This document shows, piece after piece, positions 54,436 through 64,000 of a DNA stretch of 64,000 nt. The notes under the pieces are model-generated. The model ran no database searches. It was not told the DNA's origin and saw nothing but the letters and a program-made list of their open reading frames with translations. A program made the translations under genes and the position numbers. Position 1 is the stretch's first letter, and every line of letters begins with the position of its first letter. The stretch is from Eledone cirrhosa (taxonomy: Eukaryota): contig OZ024765.1 in the NCBI GenBank assembly GCA_964016885.1, positions 12,524,001 to 12,588,000 on the forward strand, given 5' to 3'.

Positions 54436-55041
54436 TATATAAATGTGTGATGTCAGGTTGCTCTTCAGTGCGACTGGTAACATGTAATCCAGTACAACCT
54501 GTGCAGGATTGGGTCATCGGCAACTAAACCGACAACCCCACCAAGCTTGCTAGGTGAGGAGGGTGATTTAGAATACCCTATGGGATGAAAGACAAAACCT
54601 GTCAGATGGCGGAGGAACTCAGGAGAGTCAACGGCCATCCAATAAAGTTTTTTTTTTTTTTTTGAAGAGTAAGAGAATCCTAGTCTTCATTAAGACATCT
54701 CTCTAGGAGAAGGCCACTATGATATAAAACTTGCAACTTTGTTTGCATCCAATTATGTTGTCCAGTTCTTTTTGGGCAAATGCATTCTGTAACTAGTTAT
54801 ACACTTACATAACACACACACACACACATATATATGTAAACGTGGTTGGTGTTAGGAAGGGCATCCAGTTGTAAAAATCCTAGCCAAAATACAGTTCTGT
54901 CTGAGCCCTGGTCAGGCTTGTATCATGACATGGGTGACTTCAATAACCCATGCAAGCATACAAAAATAGACGTTAACCGGTGATGCTATATATATATATT
55001 TTGGCTAGGATTTTTACAACTGGATGCCCTTCCTAACACCA

Positions 55042-55089
<48 letters not shown>

Positions 55090-55220
55090 GATAAATCTAC
55101 CAAGAGTATATATATATATATATATATAACACATATATATCCTAGAAACGATCGTTAAATAATGAACTTTTTTTGTTTAATATAAGGAACTGTTTCATTG
55201 TTTTATTCATTATTTTTTTA

Positions 55221-55265
<45 letters not shown>

Positions 55266-55328
55266 GTAGAACACTGGAAGGTAATATCCGTAGTGGTAGA
55301 GCACTCAGTCCATGGAACGAGTTAGGTG

Positions 55329-55433
55329 GAAGTGGTTACACAACAGTTAGTTCACCATACCGAGAACAATTGTTTCACCTTAGCGGATCCGAGCTGAGGA
55401 TCCGCTAAGGTGAAACAACTGTAGTGTAACCAC

Positions 55434-55436
<3 letters not shown>
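55329..55436. repeat. Foldback with a perfect 21-bp stem between (TA)n tracts
   Basis: ttgtttcaccttagcggatcc-gagctga-ggatccgctaaggtgaaacaa (55370-55418). Outer arm gaagtggttacac / gtgtaaccacttc. Confidence 0.85.
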
Positions 55437-55490
<54 letters not shown>

Positions 55491-55560
55491 TCCGTGTGTC
55501 AAGAGTGCTCTACCAGCTACAAGAAGCTGGGGGTGTATATCCTGTGTTATTGATGGGTGC

Positions 55561-55738
55561 AAGAAAAAGTACTCAATACCAAAGTAGAGTATATATATTC
55601 ATTAATTATGACCAAGCAGTGAGCCAACACCCTCACAGAATCATTAGACAAGTCTTGTGAAACTCCAAAGTAACCAGGCTCGCTGCTTAGCCATAATAAA
55701 TGAATATTTACACTGCTTCAGTATTGAGTACTCTTTCT
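55561..55738. repeat. Imperfect foldback, ~65-bp arms
   Basis: agtactcaatac..atattcatt..aagcagtgagcc pairs with ggctcgctgctt..aatgaatat..gtattgagtact. Confidence 0.8.
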
Positions 55739-56081
55739 CACATCTGTCAAAAACAGATATATCATAATTATTTAACGTCCACAAGGACAGTGGATTGGCA
55801 GTATCGGTAGAGGGTCGGACGCCATGCTTTGCAACAAAGAGTTATGGCCCTTTGTGGTCTGAGTTCAAATCCCGCTGAGGTTAACTTTGCCTTTCATCCT
55901 TACAGGGCTGATAAAATAAACTACCGGTAATGCACTGGGATAATTGCTGGCCTTGTGCCAAAAGTAGAAACAATTATTTAACGTCCACTTTCCACATTGG
56001 CATGGGTTAGACAAGTTGTCCCATTTGAGGCAAGTTGGTTCAGGTGACCATGTCTTAGTCATACAGAACTGAGTCAGACAG

Positions 56082-56146
<65 letters not shown>

Positions 56147-56244
56147 TTATATAAATGCATGTGTGCTTAAGTGTGTGTGGGTTTATAAATAAACTGCCAA
56201 AGTATACTAATAACGAAAACAAATCAATAATCTATATATATATT

Positions 56245-56304
<60 letters not shown>

Positions 56305-56750
56305 AAACATTTTCATGTTCTGACATCCATCCAAATACACATGCAACCATTTGATAAAGTCAAAGTTAAGCCAAACGAACAAAGGTTAAGGATAATTACA
56401 ATCATGGATTATTTATATAACTAAATTACAAAATTAATTAAAAAACGAAAATTCTTCTACAAACATAAGATGAGGACATTTCAGAAATGAAATCTTGAAA
56501 GGGGTCTAGTGGTTAAGGTGTTGGGCTTCTGATCATAATGTTGAGGGTTGAATTCCAAGGCTAGACTGCATGGTGTGCCCTTGAGCAAAACATTTTATTT
56601 TATGTTACTCCAGTCCACTCAACTGGAAGTTTACACTGTGGCAGTCAAGAATCTTATCCAGGGGAAATTTTGTACTCCGTTACCCAATGCTAATGAAACT
56701 GAGACAACCTCACTGCTTATGACAGTATATATTTCACTGGCTATCATGAG

Positions 56751-56935
56751 GTGGATTGGCAGTATCGGTAGAGGGTCGGATGCCATGCTTTCCAGCATAG
56801 TTACGTCCCTTAACGATCTGACTTCAAATCCCGCCGAGGTTGACTTTGCCTTTCATCCGTACGGGGTCGATAAAATAAAGTACCAGTAATGCACTGGAAA
56901 ATTGCTGGCCTTGCGCCAAAAAGTAGAAACAATTA
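56751..56935 (+). mobile_element. tRNA-derived SINE-A, full length
   Basis: A/B boxes, core gcctttcatcc..ggggtcgataaaataaagtaccag, tail gtagaaacaattat. Also at 55791-55978 (+) and at 22148-22333, 48805-49012 and 24570-24783 (-). Confidence 0.85.
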
Positions 56936-57768
56936 TCATTTAAACTGGCCAGAATTCTCTCACCTCTTTCTGTTCAAACTGGCCATAATTGGTCCCTCAT
57001 GACAACATTACGGTATTGTTCTCAAAATAAATATCAAAATCTCATAGATTCGATATTATGTGAGATAAAGCCTTTACCGTGAAAATACAATAGTAAATAT
57101 AGGTTAATTATCATCGCCATCATTGTTTAATGTCCATTTTCCACACTACATGGGTTAGATGTAAATGCTAAAGGGTTAATGTCAATTTTTCCCCTGCTAA
57201 AACTTCATTACTGTATTTCTACTGAAAATACTACTGCTTCCTTTGTACTCAAATCAATTTTAAAATTAAACCAAAAATTTCATTAAAGAGCTGGGCAGAA
57301 CAAATGCTGCAAAACAATTTCGTCCACTGCTCTCATGTTTCTGCAAAAGCCACCACCCTTTCAATTTTCAAAATTAATTGTTTCTGATTTAGGCTTAAGG
57401 CCAACAATTTGGGGAAAGGGGAAAGTTGAGTCAATCTACCCCAGTGCATCACTGGTACTTTATTTTAACCATGTAAGGATGAAAGACAAAGATTTTGTGT
57501 CAGGACATAAAGGGCCAGAACGAGCATGAAGCATGGCGCGTGATGCTCTACCGACACTGCAAATCCACCACTCTAATAACATGACATTTTCAACACACAA
57601 CCCTTGTCCTAACCCACCCTGCTCCCCACCCACACCACCAAACAGAGATTGGTTAAATACCAGACTGAAAACAACATCTGGAATGTGAACATCATTATCA
57701 TTTTACATCCGCTTGCTTGGGTTGGACTATGCATGTTAAATTGTGCTTTCCATAATTATTTTCCTGAT

Positions 57769-58108
57769 TGGAGGCACATGGCTTAGTGGTTAGAGCATTG
57801 GCCTTGCAATCGAAAGGTTGTGAGTTCAATTCTCAGACCGGGTGATGTGTTGTTTCCTTGAGCAAGACACTTTATTTCACATTGCTCCAGTTTACTCAGC
57901 TGTAGAAATGAGATGATAGGGACTGGGGTCCCTATCATTCCACTGCAAAGTGGTCGTGGAGGTGCCACGGCAAAACAGCACCCAGCACTCACTGTAAATG
58001 AGGTTGGTGTTAGGAAGGGCATCCAGCTGTAGAAATCACGCCAGAATCAGTTCCCGTCCCACCCTTGCAAGCAGGGAAAAACGGACGTAAAATGAGATGA
58101 TGATGATG
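57769..58108 (+). mobile_element. tRNA-derived SINE-B, full length (~340 bp)
   Basis: Head ggaggcacaTGGCTTAGTGGttagagc..GAGTTCAATTCTC, core ccttgagcaagacact, tail cccgtcccacccttgcaagcagggaaaa..acgtaaaatga(gat)n. Confidence 0.9.
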
Positions 58109-58609
58109 CTGCTGCTGCTCTTGTCAGCTGGGTGCATTTTATGTCAACCCCAGTACTTGACTGGTATGCTATTTTATCAACCCCGGAAGAATGTAAAGCA
58201 GAATTAACTTCAGTGAGATTTGAACTCAGAAAGTAAAGAGCCAGAGCTAGTACTATGTACGGAAAAAGAAGAGGTCGAATACACTAAAGAATTAGTAATA
58301 TAAAGTCTGACAATGGCATACAAGGACCCTTAACTCTCCATGGGGTCTGTAAAGACACTCTACTGACTGATATAAAAATGTCTTAGGCATTTAAATGGGG
58401 TGGAGCTCAACCAATCCTCTCAGCCAATTTCTTCCAGAGAAACAAAGAACCGAGAGTGTAGAGAGTCTCAATGATTAACCCAGAGCTTTCTATCCAGCAT
58501 TCTAACAACTGTCAATTTACTGTCTTCATATAATCATACATAGAGACAAACATGAACTGAAGGAGCACTCAATATACATACTCAAATATTTTAAGACCAT
58601 TTTGCCTGC

Positions 58610-59138
58610 TAAAGTAAGGGTTAACTTTGTGGGCCTCATAATAGGCTTACTTATACTCAAAGTAAGGGTTAACCTTGTGGGCCTCATAATAGGCTTACTT
58701 ATACTCAAAGTAAGGGTTAACTTTGTGGGCCTCATTATAGGCTTACTTATACTCAAAGTAAGGGTTAACTTTGTGGGCCTCATTATAGGCTTAGTTATAC
58801 TCAAAGTAAAGGTTAACCTTGTGGGCCTCATAATAGGCTTACTTATACTCAAAGTAAAGGTTAACCTTGTGGGCCTCATAATAGGCTTACTTATACTCAA
58901 AGTAAGGGTTAACTTTGTGGGCCTCATTATAGGCTTACTTATACTCAAAGTAAGGGTTAACTTTGTGGGCCTCATAATAGGCTTACTTATATTCAAAGTA
59001 AGGGTTAACCTTGTGGGCCTCATAAATAGGCTTACTTATACTCAAAGTAAGGGTTAACCTTGTGGGCCTCATAATAGGCTTACTTATACTCAAAGTAAGG
59101 GTTAACCTTGTGGGCCTCATAATAGGCTTACTTATACT
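58610..59138. repeat. 48-bp minisatellite (~11 copies)
   Basis: Unit caaagtaagggttaaccttgtgggcctcataataggcttacttatact. Confidence 0.95.
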
Positions 59139-59638
59139 CATAACGATTTCTAATTTAGGCAAAAGGCCAGCAAATATATATTTTTTTGGGGGGAGGGGGG
59201 GATTAAATCGACCCCAGTGCATCACTGGTGCTTTATTCCAACAACCCCGTAAGGATGAAAGGCAAAGCTAACCTAGTGGGATTTAAACTCAGATCGTAAG
59301 GGGTCATAATTATACTGCAAAGTATGGTGTTCAACGCTTTACCTATACTGCCAATCCATACTACTCATAACGTGGGTTATTTTGGTGGTAATGTTTTAAA
59401 GCCAGATTGGCACAACCCTTTCAGTTACCTCTTACAACACACCAGTGATACTGTGTACCTCTCTTTTCCCAGATCCAACCAGATACACACAAATATATAT
59501 TGCAGAGTAAATGTTTTATTTTCCAATAGCAATGTTTTAAAGCTGTATAAACTCTTTCAGTCCTCATGACAAGCAGGGATGATACAGTGTTTCTATTCCA
59601 AACAAATATATAAGATATAAATATTTTATTTTCTAAAG

Positions 59639-59674
<36 letters not shown>

Positions 59675-60237
59675 GTAACTTTTAAGTTTCACCTGTAAGT
59701 TCACACACAGTAAGAGAAAATGAATTTACAGTTAAAACTTCAAACAAAATCACTGTCACTTTGAAAAAACTTAAACCTACAAGATTACTTTAACGGGCGG
59801 TGCCAAGAAAGGCAGCTGTACATAAAACATTGCTTGGAAAAAGATCCCTTGATGAGTATGAAACCTATCATGAGGGCCTTCACAAGCCCATCCCACACTT
59901 TAACAAAGCCTTAAAACACTTGTATACATAATTAAAATTAGGATAATTGATAAATAAACAAAAAGGAGAAACCTTAAAAAAATTTTTTTTTTAAATAAAA
60001 AGACAAATGAAAAACACAGAACTCAAAGGTCCTCAGTCATTGAAATGGACTTAGGCAGTTTCGACCCCTACCAACAGTACTGCTGGAGTCACAGTGTCTG
60101 ACAAACAAGCCAAAGTATTGTCCAGAGAGTAAAAGACAAGACAAAACAACTTACAGCAATTAAGCCATAACAGGTATACATGAAATTTTATGTGACAACT
60201 ACATATAATATAACTTAAAAAATGGAGTTTAACTTAC

Positions 60238-60249
60238 CGGTTTTGGCAT
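60238..60249 (-). CDS. Moe: ERM (moesin/ezrin/radixin-like) gene, first coding exon, encodes MPKP
   Basis: Minus strand reads ccaaccATG CCA AAA CCG|gtaagt, with A at -3 and a canonical donor at phase 0. MPKP followed by an intron matches the known ezrin/radixin exon structure and joins in frame to VNVRV at 18029. Confidence 0.9.
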
Positions 60250-60355
60250 GGTTGGTAGTGGTAAGGAATATTAATATCCAATTTTTCTTTGATATATTTA
60301 TATGTATCCTACTTCTCTATCTAGAAACACGGATTCCAGTAAATGAAATCAAGTT
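60250..60355 (-). other. 5' UTR part of the ERM start-codon exon
   Basis: Polypyrimidine tract and acceptor on the minus strand (tttttttcccctcttaattttttacag|aac, AG at 60356-60357). This implies a further upstream non-coding exon. Confidence 0.6.
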
Positions 60356-60460
60356 CTGTAAAAAATTAAGAGGGGAAAAAAAATTAATTACAACATAAAA
60401 CAATTCAAATTAAATTTAAAATTATGATGGAAGATTTTTAAATAAATATAAACACTGTAA

Positions 60461-60766
60461 GGAGGCACATGGCTTAGTGGTTAGAGCATTGGCCTTGCAA
60501 TTGAAAGGTTGCGAGTTCAATCTCAGACCGGGTGGTGTGTTGTTTCCTTGAGCAAGACACTTTATTTCACATTGCTCTAGTTTACTCAGCTGTAGAAATG
60601 AGATGATAGGGACTGGGTCCCTATCATTCCATTGCAAAAAAAGCACCCAGCACTCACTGTAAATGAGGTTGGTGTTAGGAAGGGCATCCAGCTGTAGAAA
60701 TCAAGCCAGAATCAGTTCCCGTCCCACCCTTGCAAGCAGGGAAAAGCGGGCGTAAAATGACGATGA
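60461..60766 (+). mobile_element. SINE-B copy
   Basis: High identity to the 57769 copy, with a small internal deletion. Confidence 0.85.
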
Positions 60767-62059
60767 CTGTAAATGTGGTTGGCATGAAGAAGGACATCCA
60801 GCCTTAGCAACCAAACCAAAAAGTTTTGTATGAGCAAGACATCCTCACCTGATCTGACATGTCTCATAAAGGGGAAAACTCGTCTAACTCATGCTAGCAT
60901 GGGATGTAAAAAAAAAATGGATGTAAAACGGTGATGATAATAATGATGATAATGATAAACACTAACTCTTTTGTTACCATATTTCTAATGAAAGACAGCC
61001 TCTAGTTTTCAAATAATCTTGAAAAGAACTTATTTGAGGTGTATTTTAACCCTTTAGCATTTAAACTGGCCATATCCGACCAGAATTCTCTCACCTCTTT
61101 CTGTTCACACAGGCCTTTTAACTAGCCACTCATACTGATGTTAATAAATTCAATATTATGCGAGCTAAAGTGTTTACCCCGAAAACAATAGTATATATAG
61201 AGCAATGTAAATGCGAAAGGGCTAAGTTTCTAAGATCGTGTCTGGAATGTGACTTAAGTGAGGTGTACTTACATAAATTTATGATTTAAGCTTTTTAGAT
61301 ACAGCCACTAAAACACACAGTATCCCCTTGTGTAACCAGGGGATAGTTTCAGGCAGTTTGGTATCAAAAGGATTAAATTAAAATAAGAGGAGAGATAAGT
61401 TTTACTTATTCTTAAAAAAGTTCTTTCCTTACCTGTTTGACAAATTGACTGAGGTAAGACCACGCCTAATCTTACAAAACAGGTTGGAGAATTTCAACAC
61501 ACATACACACACCTATGAATGTCAATTTAGTACACACAAACATCTATTGATGGAACACGCACACAATACATGGTATGGAGCACACACACACACACACAAT
61601 ACATGGTATGGAGCACACACACACACACAACATACCTATGAAATGAAACACCTATGAATGGAGTGGAACCTACACAAAACAAATGACAATGAAAGAAACT
61701 ACACATACCACTGCTATTACTACTACTACTACTACTACAATACAATAGGGAGAGGTAAGGGGGTAGATATTGCTCAACCTGTTGGGGTTATCAAATATAC
61801 TTTTAATTCCACCACTCCATGTAAGGAGAGCACATTGGATAATAATCATTTATTATATTGACTTTTCCATGATGGCATGGGTTGGACAGGACTTGAGGCA
61901 ATGTTTTATAGCCAGATGCCCTTCCTGAAACCAACCCTTAATGACTTAAAACACACAGGGATACAGTGTACCTATTCTAATCCAGATACACACACACACA
62001 TATATATATTTGGAAGAAACGGGGAGCTGTGTAGTTAATTGATAAAGTGTATTTAAAAA

Positions 62060-62246
62060 TAATTGTTTCTACTTTAGGCACAAGGCCAGCAATTACCCAG
62101 TGCATTACTGGTACTTTATTTTATCGACCCCGTAAGGATGAAAGGCAAAGTCAACCTCGGCGGGATTTGAACTCAGATCGTAAAGGGACATAACTATGCT
62201 GGAAAGCATGGCGTCCGACCCTCTACCAATACTGCCAATCCACCGC
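62060..62246 (-). mobile_element. SINE-A, full length
   Basis: Reverse complement of the 26871-27056 copy, with high identity. Confidence 0.85.
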
Positions 62247-62483
62247 CCTTGGATACACGGTATAAATATGGTAATAAGAGATAAACGGTTTATTGGCAAG
62301 AGAATCATTACAATATTAGACATGTTTTGTAGCATTTAGTTAAGGACCTTGAAGTTCAAAGTTCAAATCTCTAAACTCCTGCTCAATGGGAAAGTTTTAA
62401 TTATATTACTAAATACCTCCAAAATCTTGGTCAACTTTCCCTTCCATCCATCGTAGAAGTAAATTATTAAAGTATTCACCTCT

Positions 62484-62709
62484 TTAACCCTTTAGCATTT
62501 ACATTACTTTATATATATACTATTGTATTTTTGTGGTAAAGACTTTATCTTACATAATTATCTCATAATATCGAGTCTACGAGATTTTGATATTTATTTT
62601 GGAAGCAACACCATAACATAAGTACCAGTGATCAATTACGACTAGTTTGAACAGAAGGAGGTGAGAGGATTCTGGCCGGATGTAGCCAGTTTAAATGCTA
62701 AAGGGTTAA
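62484..62709. mobile_element. TTAA MITE copy with perfect TIRs
   Basis: TTAACCCTTTAGCATTTA ... TAAATGCTAAAGGGTTAA. Confidence 0.85.
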
Positions 62710-64000
62710 TAACTTCCATGTGTCAGTAATCTATTGGGTTTCTCTTATGCAAATGATCAATTTATCAAAATCACACATTTCCCAGTTTGTTGTATGATTG
62801 ATCTTATATCCTGGTTTAACACTACTGGCATTATTATTGACAGCACTGGTTCACTTGTGATATATAAACTGTCAAATGTATAATATACATGCTGACATTG
62901 TAACCTGAGAGACAGTCAATGATGTATGTTTTACAGTAAGTGAAAAAAAAAACAAAAAAATAAAGTGAGTGTAAAACCAATGTTGACATATGCGATGATG
63001 TGTAAATAACAAAAACACCAAGAACCAACAGAAGTAGTGTGGTGTAACAATCATAAAAACTAAGTTTTCTGGAGTGAAAAACATTGTTGGAAAGATAAAA
63101 TCTATGTTTTACAGCTGTTCATATAGATGTATATATCTTAGTATTATTTAAAATAACTCTTTTCTGTATGGACTTCCTTCCGTACAGCACAGATGCAGAA
63201 GATCAAATGGCACAACTCAAGGAACTAAACTAATTCACCAATCAAATCCCTTGCTATACATGTACTGTATAAGTTCCAACAACATTTTAACAAATCACAA
63301 GCATCGTATTTGTTCTTAGGACATTTACACTTGATAGAAACAGCAGCCAGCTCTCACCCAAATGTCATATAGTAAAATCAATATGGAGGACAGCTACACC
63401 AATATATACAAATTCTCTACACACAATCTTGACAAACATGCTAGCAAATTTCCATTAAATCACAGTCTTAAAAATGGAAGAATACATCAGACAATGTAAT
63501 CTATGACATAGAAAAAGATAGGATGTTCATGGTGAGAAAACCTTTTTATACATCTGCTCAATCAAAACGAGAGAGAGGGAGAATCAATCGACAAGGTCCC
63601 AGACCTCATTCACTTACAAATTGGGGTGGAACTCGTCAAATCAAACCAAGGAAACGATGTTTCCCATGGTCTTTACCATTGCTGATTCTAACTACTGGTT
63701 GCAATGTGAAATAAAGTGTCTTGCTCAAGGACATAATGCATTGCCCAGTCCAAAAATCAAACTCACAACCTCATGATTGCAAATCCAATTCTCTAACCAC
63801 TTGGCAGTCGCATTCGAGGCCTCAGGTGTCCTCAGGCCCCGGACAGCTGGCCTTCTCCGTAAAATCGGATCAATAGCAGCCTGTCTGAAGAAGGAGCCCT
63901 GTGATGTAGAGGTGGCTGTTGCAGCAGGTGTCACTGGCCATTATCCGCAGAAATACCTTTGCCATTTTATCAGCAGGGCACAGCTGAAACACTGCTCTGA

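Noticed and set aside
54452-54770. GC-richer segment resembling an RTE 5' UTR (ctaggagaagg motif)
   Set aside because: No ORF follows and the similarity is from memory only, so it cannot be supported without a search.
57769-57845. tRNA-like sequences with A/B boxes
   Set aside because: They are heads of multi-copy SINEs continuing into a shared body and tail, with no convincing acceptor stem.
59843-59880. ttgatgagtatgaaac hammerhead-like string
   Set aside because: Core C is missing, there is no stem II, and there is no proper stem III/GUH.

Overview
AT-rich, repeat-saturated animal genomic DNA. The repeat style suggests an octopod cephalopod, but this is inference. There are no prokaryotic features. 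Almost the whole window is intronic sequence of one minus-strand ezrin/radixin/moesin (ERM) gene. Three canonical coding exons are visible: 60238-60249 (MPKP), 17946-18029 and 2569-2664. All junctions are phase 0 and together they encode FERM residues 1-64, with introns of about 42 kb and 15 kb. The introns contain about 20 copies of a TTAA-flanked piggyBac-like MITE, several tRNA-derived SINE families, RTE and CR1 LINE relics, hAT and Tigger-like MITEs, a Helitron-like element, foldback hairpins in (TA)n tracts, and many micro- and minisatellites, several of them built from transposon fragments. All long ORFs in the track are simple-repeat artefacts. The most striking observation is a candidate 21-nt in-frame microexon (51767-51787) that is also a 14/16 reverse complement of the start-codon region 8.4 kb away. 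Both mismatches are A-C, which suggests a splicing/RNA-structure/A-to-I editing switch at the ERM start codon. This is untested.
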